NCBI GenBank assembly: GCA_964486105.1
Contig: CAZAKR010000005.1
Location: forward strand, 7,384 to 71,383
Reading direction: 5' to 3'
DNA: 64,000 bases
Source of the DNA: an uncultured Rhodospirillaceae bacterium
Lineage (GTDB): Bacteria > Pseudomonadota > Alphaproteobacteria > UBA11136
Both the position numbers and the translations under genes were made by a program. Position 1 is the stretch's first letter. Every line of letters begins with the position of its first letter. Of this stretch, positions 27,527 to 39,991 are shown piece after piece. The notes under the pieces were generated by a model. The model searched no databases. It was given only the letters and a program-made list of their open reading frames with translations, and had not been told where the DNA came from.

Positions 27527-29628
27527 AACCCGAGGCGACCCACGATCTCACCCCAGAAACCGGTGGTGGCGCGCGATGGCGGCGGCTCTTCTTCCTTTGC
27601 TACGACCAGCCCCGCCGGGGCGCTGAATGCGGCGTCAAAAGCGGCCAGCTCCCGGTAATCGAAACTGCCGGGAAGTGGCCGGGGGGGCAGCCCCTTATGA
27701 GCCGCCAACATGTATTCCTGCCACAGACGCGCCGGAAGGCCGCCGCCGGTCACCCGGGCCATGGGCGTATTGTCATCATTGCCGAACCACACGCCTGTCA
27801 CCAGATCGGCGCTGTAGCCGATAAACCAAGCGTCACGGAAATCCTGGCTCGTGCCTGTCTTGCCGGCGACGGGGCGACCGATATTCGCCGAACGGCCGGT
27901 TCCCTCTTTGACCACCCCGGCCAGCATCTCGTGGAGGCGGGCGACATTACCCAGAGCGATGATGCGCCCGGGGCCGGAACCCATGCGCTTGTAAAGAACT
28001 TCTCCCTCAGGGGTGCGTATTTCCTCGATACCATGGGCCCAGACGCCATTGCCTTCATTGGCAAGCGTCGCATAGGCAGCCGTCATCTCGATCAGCGAAG
28101 CCTCGCCGGCGCCCAGTGCCAGAGCCGGGCCGCCCGGCAAATGGGTCGTCAGACCAAGACGGCGCGCCGCTTCATGAACCTTGTCGCGGCCCGCCTTTTC
28201 GCTGACCCGGACGGCGACGGAGTTAACCGAACGGATGAGGGCCTGGGACAGCGTCATCGGGCCGTCGAACTTGCCGTTATAATTCTTCGGCGACCAGCCT
28301 TCGATCTCGATCGGCGCGTCGGGCAGAATATCGTCGGGGGTGAGCCCGCTTTCCAATCCGGCGAGATAGACCATCATCTTGAAAGACGATCCAGGCTGAC
28401 GCCGGGCCTGGGTGGTGCGGTTGAATTGGCTGTCGGCGTAATCACGCCCCCCCACCATCGCCCGCACGGCACCCGACGGGTCCATGGAAACCAGCCCCGC
28501 CTGACGCGCATCGGCCTGCTCCCCGGCCCTGTTGACCAGGCCGATTAGCCGCGTTTCGGCAATTTTCTGCAGCGAGAGATCAAGGGTGGTGGTGACGATC
28601 AGATCGTGATCGACGCTGCCCACGTAATCGGGCACCTGGGCGAGCACCCAGTCGATGAAATAACGGGTGCTCGGTGGTGGCGATTTCTGGGCTTTCAGCT
28701 CCATGCCGACACCCTTGGCAACCGTTGCCGCTTGTGGGGTCAGATAACCGGCATCAACCATATTGGCCAGCACCTGGGCGGTGCGGCGTTGGGAAAGATC
28801 CCGATTGCGGGTCGGGGCGAAACGCGACGGCGCCTTTAAGAGACCGGCGATCATGGCCGATTCGTATATCGAGAGCTCGCCTGCGCTTTTGCCGAAATAG
28901 CGGTTGGCGGCCGACGACACACCGTAGGTGCCGGCCCCGAGATAGACCCGGTTGAGATAGATGGTCAAAAGCTCTGTTTTGCTGAACTTGTGCTCAAGCC
29001 ACAGGGAGAGCAGGGCCTCCTGGATCTTGCGCTTGTAGGTCCGCTCAGGATTGAGAAACAGATTCTTGGCGATTTGCTGGGTGATCGTGCTGCCCCCCTG
29101 AACCACCCGTCCAGAGCGCAAATTGGTCCACAGGGCCCGGCCAAGGCCGATTATATCGATACCGAAATGATTAAAGAACCGCCGGTCCTCGGTCGCCAGC
29201 ACCGCCTGAACCAGAGGGGCCGGCATTTCCCCGGCCTGGATCGGCCGCCCGTAAAGATCGCCGTAAGTGGCGATGGTTTCGCCATGGCGGTCGAACAAGG
29301 TCAAGCTGGGCCGCCTTGTGGTGGCCGAGAGTTTATCGATATCGGGCAGATCCAGCGCATACCAGGCGACCACCCCGCCGACAGCCACGCCGCCCCACAC
29401 AAAGGCCAGGACGCAAAAGGTAAAGACTTTGGCGAGCAGGGATTTTTGTGTCGTTTTTTTTGCTTTTTTCCTGGGCCGGGTTTTTTTGGCCGCCGGTTTG
29501 GCGCCCTTGCCGCCACTCTCCCTGGTCAGGCGGGGCTTGGCGGGTTTTTTGCGCTTTTTACCCCCCGCCCGCTCGGCGCTGGGAATATCAAGACGGCGAT
29601 TACCGCCGCGCGGAGATTTTTGTATCAT
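27523..29628 (-). CDS. Class A penicillin-binding protein (bifunctional glycosyltransferase/transpeptidase)
   Basis: Lys/Arg-rich cytoplasmic tail and a transmembrane helix. GT51 motifs (EDRRFFNHFGID…RQGGSTITQQ) and transpeptidase motifs (SSFK… KTGT). Confidence 0.85.
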   Translation of the reverse strand: MIQKSPRGGNRRLDIPSAERAGGKKRKKPAKPRLTRESGGKGAKPAAKKTRPRKKAKKTTQKSLLAKVFTFCVLAFVWGGVAVGGVVAWYALDLPDIDKLSATTRRPSLTLFDRHGETIATYGDLYGRPIQAGEMPAPLVQAVLATEDRRFFNHFGIDIIGLGRALWTNLRSGRVVQGGSTITQQIAKNLFLNPERTYKRKIQEALLSLWLEHKFSKTELLTIYLNRVYLGAGTYGVSSAANRYFGKSAGELSIYESAMIAGLLKAPSRFAPTRNRDLSQRRTAQVLANMVDAGYLTPQAATVAKGVGMELKAQKSPPPSTRYFIDWVLAQVPDYVGSVDHDLIVTTTLDLSLQKIAETRLIGLVNRAGEQADARQAGLVSMDPSGAVRAMVGGRDYADSQFNRTTQARRQPGSSFKMMVYLAGLESGLTPDDILPDAPIEIEGWSPKNYNGKFDGPMTLSQALIRSVNSVAVRVSEKAGRDKVHEAARRLGLTTHLPGGPALALGAGEASLIEMTAAYATLANEGNGVWAHGIEEIRTPEGEVLYKRMGSGPGRIIALGNVARLHEMLAGVVKEGTGRSANIGRPVAGKTGTSQDFRDAWFIGYSADLVTGVWFGNDDNTPMARVTGGGLPARLWQEYMLAAHKGLPPRPLPGSFDYRELAAFDAAFSAPAGLVVAKEEEPPPSRATTGFWGEIVGRLGF

Positions 29629-29729
29629 CGCCAGACCAGTGTCAGTTCTTTAAGAAGCCGCCATCATGGAGAGATAAAAAGGCGGAATTGGGGCGCAGAA
29701 ACCAGTCTGCAATCGGCCTGTCCACTCCC

Positions 29730-32192
<2,463 letters not shown>

Positions 32193-33437
32193 TTAATCGT
32201 CCCGACCGGGCCGCACACCACCTTCGGCAACGCGGAAAAACTGGGCCCTCTCCCCGCATGGTTCGAACATTGCCGCATCGGTGCCGGTCATCCAGGCCTG
32301 CACCCCGAGCCCGTCGATGCGGTCGAACAGGGCGCCCCGGCGTGTGCCGTCGAGATGGGCCGCCACTTCGTCAAGAAGCAACAGCGGCGCCGCCCCGCGT
32401 TGTTCCCGGACCAGGGCGCAAAGGGCCAGCAGGATCGACACCAGCAGCGCCTTTTGCTCACCGGTGGAACAATCCCCGGCATTCAAATTCTTACCCCGGT
32501 GATGAACCACCAGATCGCTGCGGTGGGGACCATGGGCAGCGCCGCCGGTTTCACTGTCCCGGCCCCGGCTTTGCACCAGCGCCGCGCGCAACCGGTCTTC
32601 CGCTTCCAGGGCCGGCATGGAGGCGAGCCAGGATTCCGCCTCGCCCTCGATTGCCAGCGCCGCACCGGGAAAGGGCCCGTCGTCGCGGGCGCAAGCGGCA
32701 TCGAGCCTTGTCACCATCTCACAGCGCGCCGCGGCAACAGCCACCCCGTTGGTCGCCATGCCCTCTTCGAGGGCCGACAGCCAGGCCGGATCGGCATTCC
32801 GGGCACCGAACTGGCGCAACAACCGGGTCCGTTCGCGGAGCGCCTTTTCATAAGCGCTGAGCAACCCGCCATAACCGGGAATAAAGCCACCGACCAGGCG
32901 GTCGAGAAAGCGCCGCCGCGATGACGGCGCATCGGCAAACAGCCGGTCCATCGCCGGGACCAGCCAGACCACGCCGCCAGCCTCGGCCAGGGCCCTCGGC
33001 CCGACCGCTCTCTGGCCGTCGATATGGACCAGACGCCGTCCGACCGGCGCGTTTGTTTTTTCCCGACCTTGCCCACCGTCACCGTCTTGCGTTTCCTCGT
33101 CGTCCTCCGGGTTTGGCGACACCGCCGGATCACGCCCGGTACCGACATTGATGCTGGTCAACGGACCGTCAAGGGTGGCGGCCACCGACCAGGCGGTGCC
33201 CGGGTGGCCATCGCGGCGGTCCGGCTCGTCAAGGCGAACCCCGCGCAACCCCCGCCCGGGGGCGAGAAAGGACAGCGCCTCAAGGATATTCGTTTTGCCC
33301 GCGCCATTGGCCCCGGTAAGCACCACCGGGCGGCAATCAAGATTGAGCTCAAGCGCCGCGTAATTGCGGAAATCCGTCATCACCAGCCGGCTCACCGACC
33401 AGGCGGCGCCAGAATCAGAATCAGAATTTGAGACCAT
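32193..33437 (-). CDS. recF: DNA replication and repair protein RecF
   Basis: Walker A (GANGAGKTN), an RecF signature and Walker B (LLLLDEV). The start is proposed at the ATG giving MVSNSDSD…VSRLVMTDFRNY. It contains an acidic insertion of about 55 aa relative to enterobacterial RecF. Confidence 0.9.
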   Translation of the reverse strand: MVSNSDSDSGAAWSVSRLVMTDFRNYAALELNLDCRPVVLTGANGAGKTNILEALSFLAPGRGLRGVRLDEPDRRDGHPGTAWSVAATLDGPLTSINVGTGRDPAVSPNPEDDEETQDGDGGQGREKTNAPVGRRLVHIDGQRAVGPRALAEAGGVVWLVPAMDRLFADAPSSRRRFLDRLVGGFIPGYGGLLSAYEKALRERTRLLRQFGARNADPAWLSALEEGMATNGVAVAAARCEMVTRLDAACARDDGPFPGAALAIEGEAESWLASMPALEAEDRLRAALVQSRGRDSETGGAAHGPHRSDLVVHHRGKNLNAGDCSTGEQKALLVSILLALCALVREQRGAAPLLLLDEVAAHLDGTRRGALFDRIDGLGVQAWMTGTDAAMFEPCGERAQFFRVAEGGVRPGRDD

Positions 33438-33532
33438 CTTCGTAGGGCCGGAAGTGAGCTCTGATGGAGTCTCGGCCAGAGCGGCAATGGCGCCGGCCGC
33501 CCGGCCGCCCGACTGAATCTTCAGGGCGTCTC

Positions 33533-34651
33533 TCACACCCGCATCGGCATCAGCACATAAAGGGCGCTGTTGTCCGCAATGTCGCGCACGATCGTCGGCG
33601 CCGAGGCGTCCGCCAGATCAATGCGCGCCGTGCCGCCTTCTATCTGCTGGGTAATATCGAGCAAATAACGGGAATTGAAGCCGATTTCTATGGGATCGGA
33701 ATCGTATTTCACTTCCAGCCCTTCGGTTGCCGTGCCGTGCTCGGGGCTTGATGCGGTAAGGGTCAGGCGCCCCTTGTCGATCTCGACCTTTACCGCCCGG
33801 GATTTTTCCGTGGAAATAGTCGATACCCGGTCAACGGCCTCGGCGAAAGGCCCGCAATCGACCTCCAGTATCTTGTCGTTGCCTTCCGGGATCACCCGCT
33901 GATAATCGGGAAAAGTACCGTCGACCAGCTTCGAGGTCAGAACAACGCTGTCGAAGGCGAACCTGATCCTTGTGTCGGAAAGACTGACGGCAACGTTCTC
34001 CTCGCTATCCTCGATCAGCTTATGGAGCTCAGCCACCGCCTTGCGCGGCACGATCACGCCGGGCATGTCCGCCGCCCCATCGGGCTGCGGCATTTCGACT
34101 TGGGCCAGACGATGGCCGTCGGTGGCGACAACCCGCAGCACCTTTATGCCGTCGGTTTCGGCGGCGTGAAGATAGATGCCGTTGAGGTAATAACGGGTTT
34201 CCTCGGTCGACATGGCAAAACGGGTGCGTTCGATCAGCGCCCGCAAATCACTGGCGGGGAGTGAAAAGCTGTGGGGCAACTCGCCGTCGTCGAGAACCGG
34301 GAACTCCTCGGTGGGCAGGGAAGCCAGGGTGAATTTCGAGCGCCCGGCCTTTAGTTCCAGGCGCTTGCCCTCGCCCTCGCCTTCAAGTTCGATCTGGGCG
34401 CCTTCGGGCAGCTTGCGAACGATGTCGTAAAGCGTATGGGCGGGCAGGGTGGTTTCCCCCGGCCCGGCGATCTCGGCCGGCACTTTTTCAAGGATGGCGA
34501 TATCCATATCCGTCGCCGCCAGGGACAGAGCGTCGCCTCGGGCTTCAACAAGAACGTTGGACAGGATGGGAATGGTCGTCCGGCGCTCGACAACGCTTTG
34601 AACATGGGCCAGGGCCTTTTGCAGGGCCGCGCGTTCGATGGTGAGTTTCAT
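33533..34651 (-). CDS. dnaN: DNA polymerase III beta sliding clamp
   Basis: 372 aa with three-domain DnaN similarity (MKLTIERAALQKAL…). Confidence 0.9.
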   Translation of the reverse strand: MKLTIERAALQKALAHVQSVVERRTTIPILSNVLVEARGDALSLAATDMDIAILEKVPAEIAGPGETTLPAHTLYDIVRKLPEGAQIELEGEGEGKRLELKAGRSKFTLASLPTEEFPVLDDGELPHSFSLPASDLRALIERTRFAMSTEETRYYLNGIYLHAAETDGIKVLRVVATDGHRLAQVEMPQPDGAADMPGVIVPRKAVAELHKLIEDSEENVAVSLSDTRIRFAFDSVVLTSKLVDGTFPDYQRVIPEGNDKILEVDCGPFAEAVDRVSTISTEKSRAVKVEIDKGRLTLTASSPEHGTATEGLEVKYDSDPIEIGFNSRYLLDITQQIEGGTARIDLADASAPTIVRDIADNSALYVLMPMRV

Positions 34652-34989
34652 GGCGATCTATGCACTCTGTCTCATGCAAGCCGGCTTTCTCAGGCAAACC
34701 GGCTTTGAGAAAACAGCCTTTTCGTGAAAAAACAGCCCCGCCGGAAAGCGGGGACACCGCATTGAAATCGTTGCTGCCGCCAGCTTGCGGAACCCCCGTG
34801 TCATGCGGAGAAGAATTATAGCAGACAGACACGGATTCCGAAGCCTTTTCGGCCCTAAAATCATCGCAAAATCGGGAAAAACGCCAAGTTCGCGCCAGGC
34901 CCCGGCCATAGGGGCGAAAAGGCCGGAAAAAGACCAGAAAAAGGCCGGAAAAAGACCTGGGGAGAGAGAAATATCAAGCCCCTGGGGGC

Positions 34990-36396
34990 TCAGCCCTCGA
35001 GCATCCGGCGCAGCAGTTCCACATCCTCGTTAAAGCTGCTGTCGGCGGCGCGGAGTTCCTCGATCCGGCGCACCGCATGCATCACCGTCGTGTGGTCGCG
35101 ATTGCCGAATTTGCGGCCGATCTCGGGCAGCGAGCGCTGGGTCAGCTGCTTGGCCAGATACATCGCCACCTGACGGGGCCGGGCGACGGTCCGGGCGCGC
35201 CGGGCGGAAGACATTTCGGCCAGCTTGATATTGAAATGCTCGGCGACCCGTTTCTGGATCTGCTCGATGGTGACCCGGCGATCATTGCTGCGCAGAAGAT
35301 CCTGGAGGGCCTCCTGGGTCGATTCCAGGGTTATCTGGCGGCCGACCAATGTCGAGTGGGCGATGATGCGGTTTAAGGAACCTTCGAGCTCACGGACGTT
35401 GGATGTGATTTTGTGGGCGAGGAACTCCAGAACCTTGGATGGAATCTCAACCTCGACCTGCTCGGCCTTCGATTGCAGAATACCGAGGCGCAGTTCATAG
35501 GTGGTGGGGTGGATATCGGCAACCAGCCCCCAGCCGAGGCGGGAACGCATCCGCTCTTCAATGCCTTCGAGATCGTTGGGCGATTTATCGGCCGAAATAA
35601 TGATCTGCCGGTTCTGGTCAACAAGAGCGTTAAAGGTGTGGAAAAATTCTTCCTGGGTCGATTCCTTGCCGCTGATGAACTGGACATCGTCAATCATCAG
35701 CACGTCAACCGAACGGAACAGCTCCTTAAACGCCATAGTGTTCTTGAAACGCAGGGCGCGGATAAACTGATACATGAATTTTTCAGCCGACAGATAGATC
35801 ACCCGGCGTCCCGGGTCGCGCATGCGGATATGCCATGCCAGGGCATGCATAAGGTGGGTCTTGCCGAGGCCGACGCCGCCATAGAGAAACAGCGGATTGA
35901 ACGGCACCCCGTCGGATTCGGCGACCCGCCTGGCTGCCGCGAAAGCCAGCTCATTGGGCTTGCCGACAATGAAATTATCAAAGGTAAAGCGGGGGTCGAG
36001 CGGCGCGCTGACATTCTCGCCAAAGCCGATTCCGGCCCCATTTGAACTGGTGCTCGGCGCGATATTGACCGGTGCCGGGGCCGGGGATTGAGATATTCCG
36101 CCATCCCGGCCCTTATCGGCTTCGGCTTCGCCCTCGCCCTCAAGAGCCGCCGAGACGACCACCTCAACACCATTGATCGACTCGTCTTCATCGCGCCACA
36201 AGGTTTTGATCCGCTCGGCGTAATTGGTGATGATCCAGTCACGCATGAAGCGGGTAGGCACGGAAACCTTGACCTCGCCGTCGCTGATATTGATCAGGGT
36301 AAGGGGTTTAAGCCAGCTACGGAAAGCCGCTTCGCCGAACTCGCTGCGCAACAGGCCGCGCACGCGGGCCCAACGGGCGGAGTATTCCATCTCCAT
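34990..36396 (-). CDS. dnaA: Chromosomal replication initiator DnaA
   Basis: AAA+ domain ([10 protein letters not shown]), a C-terminal DNA-binding domain and the DnaA signature. The start is proposed at MEMEYSARW; the ORF is extended to 36501. Confidence 0.9.
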   Translation of the reverse strand: MEMEYSARWARVRGLLRSEFGEAAFRSWLKPLTLINISDGEVKVSVPTRFMRDWIITNYAERIKTLWRDEDESINGVEVVVSAALEGEGEAEADKGRDGGISQSPAPAPVNIAPSTSSNGAGIGFGENVSAPLDPRFTFDNFIVGKPNELAFAAARRVAESDGVPFNPLFLYGGVGLGKTHLMHALAWHIRMRDPGRRVIYLSAEKFMYQFIRALRFKNTMAFKELFRSVDVLMIDDVQFISGKESTQEEFFHTFNALVDQNRQIIISADKSPNDLEGIEERMRSRLGWGLVADIHPTTYELRLGILQSKAEQVEVEIPSKVLEFLAHKITSNVRELEGSLNRIIAHSTLVGRQITLESTQEALQDLLRSNDRRVTIEQIQKRVAEHFNIKLAEMSSARRARTVARPRQVAMYLAKQLTQRSLPEIGRKFGNRDHTTVMHAVRRIEELRAADSSFNEDVELLRRMLEG

Positions 36397-36418
36397 ATCC
36401 GGACCAATCATGCCGCGC

Positions 36419-36931
36419 CTACTCCTGAATCCAGGGAAGGCCGTCGACCTTCCAACCATCAACCGTGCCGCGATGGCCGGACCCGTCGTGATCGCCTTCA
36501 AAGCCGCCGGCGACGTTATAGCATTTCTCGAAACCCTGGGCAGTCATCGCAATCGCCGCCATGCGCGAGCGACCCCCGGAACGGCAGATGAAAAGAAGGG
36601 CATCATCAGGCTTGGCGCCGGCCCCCCGGACCTGATCCACGAATTCAGGGTTCTGCTGCATGTTGGGAAACATCTGCCATGACAGGAACAGCGGTTTTTT
36701 TGACAGGCTGGCAAGGTCGGGAATTCCGACAAAGGCCCATTCCGGCATGGTGCGCACATCGACGAGTCTGGCGCTCTCGTCGCTCTTTAATATCTCCCAG
36801 GCTTCCTTGGCTGAGAGATCGCCAGCGTAATCCGAACCCGACAAGTTAATATACCCCCCTGGGCGTTCGCTAAATGAAGCCCGACAACAAATATGCGGAC
36901 AAAAAATCGACCCCCCCCCAAAGAACGGCAT
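36419..36931 (-). CDS. Rhodanese-domain sulfurtransferase
   Basis: Single rhodanese domain with the active-site loop CRSGGRS and conserved flanks (LVDVR…, NVAGGFEGW). The N-terminal boundary is uncertain. Confidence 0.65.
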   Translation of the reverse strand: MPFFGGGSIFCPHICCRASFSERPGGYINLSGSDYAGDLSAKEAWEILKSDESARLVDVRTMPEWAFVGIPDLASLSKKPLFLSWQMFPNMQQNPEFVDQVRGAGAKPDDALLFICRSGGRSRMAAIAMTAQGFEKCYNVAGGFEGDHDGSGHRGTVDGWKVDGLPWIQE

Positions 36932-37372
36932 CGCCGTATCTTTGCCCCGGACCAGGCCGTCACTCCGCTCGATTTAAAAGTTAAATTTTATACCTTAAGC
37001 TCTAAAACGAATACTTTGGCGCGCAAGTAATTAGCTAAAAATTTAATCAAAAGAATAGACTTCAATGACAAGGCCAACAAAAAATACATTAACCAGCACC
37101 CGCGATTCTTGCAACATGATCGTAAGGGGAACAGGTGAAATATTTTTAAATATTTCTCTTGTCACAACGGATGGTGGCTCGGCCTCGACAAAACCACAGT
37201 GATGGATGTCACCCCGGCGACGGAGAAAATATTTTTACTCCCATACCCGGTCGCGGTCGCGCCCATTGGCGATGGGCCCGCCCGAATCGGAACAGGGAAA
37301 AATTTTTATCGAAAATATGTTCTGGTAGACGCCCCTGAAACCCCGGGGCCCGGGAATGGGCCGAACGGCCTA
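36932..37372. other. AT-rich intergenic region, candidate oriC / DNA-unwinding region
   Basis: A stretch of about 440 bp with markedly lower GC content than its surroundings. It carries short A/T repeats (aaatatttttaaatattt, gaaaatatttttact, gaaaaatttttatcgaaaatatg). It lies between rpsT and rhodanese-dnaA-dnaN-recF-gyrB, at the point where the transcription-direction bias begins to change. Confidence 0.3.
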
Positions 37373-37633
37373 TTAAAGCGCTTTGATCCTCGCCGAGAGA
37401 CGGGAGATTTTACGCGAAACAGTGTTGCGGTGCATGATGCCGCGGCCAACGCCACGATCCATCTCCGGCACTGCCGCCTTCATGGCCGCCTCGGCGATTT
37501 TCTTGTCGCCGCCTTCGATGGCTGTCTCAACCGTTTTCACAAGGCTGCGAATACGGCTCGCACGGGTGCGGTTCACCAGGGTCTGACGCTCGCTCTTTCG
37601 GGTCCGCTTTTTGGCGGAACGGATATTGGCCAT
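37373..37633 (-). CDS. rpsT: 30S ribosomal protein S20
   Basis: 86 aa, MANIRSAKKRTRKSE…; canonical S20. Confidence 0.95.
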   Translation of the reverse strand: MANIRSAKKRTRKSERQTLVNRTRASRIRSLVKTVETAIEGGDKKIAEAAMKAAVPEMDRGVGRGIMHRNTVSRKISRLSARIKAL

Positions 37634-37763
37634 GTTTTTTTCCGTTGATTAGTAGAATTTCAGGCTCAAAACGAGCCAAGCCGCGGTTTATAGTCCCCCC
37701 TGAGCGTGGCGTCAACCCGCACCGAGCGTTTGGCGGGCGTTTTTCCCGAAGAATTAAAGGGCC

Positions 37764-38186
37764 TCAACGCGGGGCGAGGAAAAAACGGACGCTGAGGGGG
37801 CCTCCAGAGGAGGTTTCACCCCCTATTTCCAGCTTCAGGGCCTCGCCCTCGCGGCGGTATTCGCCTTCCAGAAAATGCTCCCAGCCCAGTTGCGGCAGGG
37901 TGCGGGCATAAAAATCCAGGACCCCTTCACGGGCCACCCGGCCCCTTGCCTCGGCCTCGATAATGCGGCCTGCAGGGGTATCGAAAACGATGTCACTGCC
38001 GGCGACATTCTCGAGGCCGGGCATCAGCGGCAGATCCTCAAATCCGGAGACAAATCCACCGCCCTGCGCCGGCCCATCACCGCCGCCGGCCAGCAGGGGG
38101 GCGGGGGCCAGCAGAACGGCCGCGACAAGAAACGGCCAGAGGCCGAAAAGAGCCCTTCGCAGAAGATATTTTAATCGCCAGATCAT
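37764..38186 (-). CDS. Hypothetical exported protein
   Basis: Internal ATG giving MIWRLKYLLRRALFGLWPFLVAAVLLAPAPLLAGG (signal peptide). No recognisable domain. Confidence 0.4.
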   Translation of the reverse strand: MIWRLKYLLRRALFGLWPFLVAAVLLAPAPLLAGGGDGPAQGGGFVSGFEDLPLMPGLENVAGSDIVFDTPAGRIIEAEARGRVAREGVLDFYARTLPQLGWEHFLEGEYRREGEALKLEIGGETSSGGPLSVRFFLAPR

Positions 38187-38206
38187 GGTCTCACTATGCA
38201 CATATA

Positions 38207-39067
38207 CTAGCGCTGGCGTCGAGGACAGAAGAAGGTCGAGCGGCCGGATTGAACGAGGCGGGATATCCCCCCGGTTTGGCCGATGTCGCAGGCACAATCC
38301 GGGCATGGCGAGCCGGCCCGCCCGTAAACCGCGAAATTGTGCTGGAAATATCCCAGATCACCCGAAGGCTGGCGATGATCCTTCAACGACGAGCCGCCCG
38401 ATAAAATGGCTTCCCCCAATACACTCTTCAACGCCTCGACCAGTCGCCGGGCCCGGCCGCCGGTGATGGTCGCCGCCTTGCGGCGCGGTGAAATTCCGGC
38501 CCGGTAAAGGGCCTCGCAGGCGTAAATATTACCGATCCCGGCGACCACCGACTGATCGAGGAGCGCCCCCTTGATCGGCCCCCGGCGGCCCGTCAGCGCC
38601 GCCGCCAGCATTGCCGCATCAAAGGCCGGGTCCAAGGGTTCCGGGCCCATACGGGCGAGCAGGGGGTGGGTTTCAAGACGATCCGCCGGGCACAGCGCCA
38701 TCAGGCCGAAGCGCCGGGGATCGTTATAGACAATACTAAGGGCCGGAAGCTCGCCCTTATGACCGCTGAGGCCGAAAATCACATGATCATGGCGCGAGGG
38801 CGTGAATTCCGGGCTCTGGTTGACGGTCAGGCGCCCCGACATGCCGAGATGGACGATTAAAATCTCACCGCCTTCAACGGGCACCAGCAGATATTTCCCC
38901 CGTCGCCCCAATGCCCCGATCCGGCGTCCGGTGAGCCGTTGCCCCAAATCATCGGGGAGGGCCACGCGCAGCCGCGGCACGCGGGCCTTAACGGCGGCGA
39001 AAATCCGGCCTTCCATCCACGGGGCCAGCCCCCGGCGCACGGTCTCGACTTCAGGCAATTCAGGCAT
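38207..39067 (-). CDS. mutM: Formamidopyrimidine-DNA glycosylase
   Basis: N-terminal PELPEVE, an H2TH domain and a C-terminal zinc finger ([10 protein letters not shown]…). Confidence 0.9.
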   Translation of the reverse strand: MPELPEVETVRRGLAPWMEGRIFAAVKARVPRLRVALPDDLGQRLTGRRIGALGRRGKYLLVPVEGGEILIVHLGMSGRLTVNQSPEFTPSRHDHVIFGLSGHKGELPALSIVYNDPRRFGLMALCPADRLETHPLLARMGPEPLDPAFDAAMLAAALTGRRGPIKGALLDQSVVAGIGNIYACEALYRAGISPRRKAATITGGRARRLVEALKSVLGEAILSGGSSLKDHRQPSGDLGYFQHNFAVYGRAGSPCPDCACDIGQTGGISRLVQSGRSTFFCPRRQR

Positions 39068-39144
39068 GGGTAGAAACTAGCTTAAACCCCGGCGGCGTCG
39101 CAACGATACTGGCGCAATGCCAGCGGCTGGGCTATTTTCCCCCG

Positions 39145-39987
39145 ATGACCGATTTGCCCCAGAACAAGGTGGCGGGAAATAAAACCCCGGCCACAGACGC
39201 ATCCGTGCCTGCGTCGGCGACAACCCATTTCGGCTTTCGCACCGTCGGCGAGAGCGAAAAAGCGGGCCTGGTGCGCGATGTCTTTGAAAAAGTAGCCGGT
39301 CGTTACGACCTGATGAACGATTTGATGTCGCTGGGCATCCATCGCCTGTGGAAATCGTCGCTCCTCGACTGGCTGGCCCCGCGGCCGGGCATGGCGCTTC
39401 TCGACGTCGCCGGGGGCACCGGCGATATTGCCCGGGGTTTTCTCGGCCGCTGTGCCGAGGGGGCGGATAGCGCGGCGAGGGGCAGCCGGGCGGTCATCTG
39501 CGACATCAACCCGGCGATGATCGAAGCCGGTCGCGACCGGGCCTTCGACAAGGGTATCGCCGGGGGCCTCGCCCATGGATTGTCCTGGGTTTGTGGGGAT
39601 GCCGAAAAGTTGCCCTTTGCCGACGGCTCCATGGATGCCTATACGGTCGGTTTCGGACTGCGCAACGTCACCCGGATCCCCGAGGCGCTATCCGAGGCGC
39701 GGCGGGTTCTCAAGCCCGGTGGCCGCTTTTTATGCCTTGAGTTCAGCCATGTGGCGCTGCCGGTTCTCGATCGCCTCTATGACCTTTATTCCTTTAATGT
39801 CCTCCCCACACTTGGCGAATTGGTCGCCAATGATCGGGAATCTTACGTCTATCTCGCCGAAAGCATCCGCCGCTTTCCCGATCAGGCAACCTTCGCCGCC
39901 ATGGTCTCGGCAGCCGGTTTCGACCAGGTTAGCTATCGCAATCTTTCCGGCGGCATCGCCGCCATTCATTCGGGCTGGAGGCTTTAA
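39145..39987 (+). CDS. ubiE: Ubiquinone/menaquinone biosynthesis C-methyltransferase
   Basis: UbiE/MenG family (…[13 protein letters not shown]…LDVAGGTGD…). Confidence 0.9.
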   Translation: MTDLPQNKVAGNKTPATDASVPASATTHFGFRTVGESEKAGLVRDVFEKVAGRYDLMNDLMSLGIHRLWKSSLLDWLAPRPGMALLDVAGGTGDIARGFLGRCAEGADSAARGSRAVICDINPAMIEAGRDRAFDKGIAGGLAHGLSWVCGDAEKLPFADGSMDAYTVGFGLRNVTRIPEALSEARRVLKPGGRFLCLEFSHVALPVLDRLYDLYSFNVLPTLGELVANDRESYVYLAESIRRFPDQATFAAMVSAAGFDQVSYRNLSGGIAAIHSGWRL

Positions 39988-39991
39988 AGGG

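Noticed and set aside
27454-28548. 364-aa + strand ORF inside the PBP gene
   Set aside because: Antisense shadow ORF; the PBP frame carries GT51 and transpeptidase motifs.
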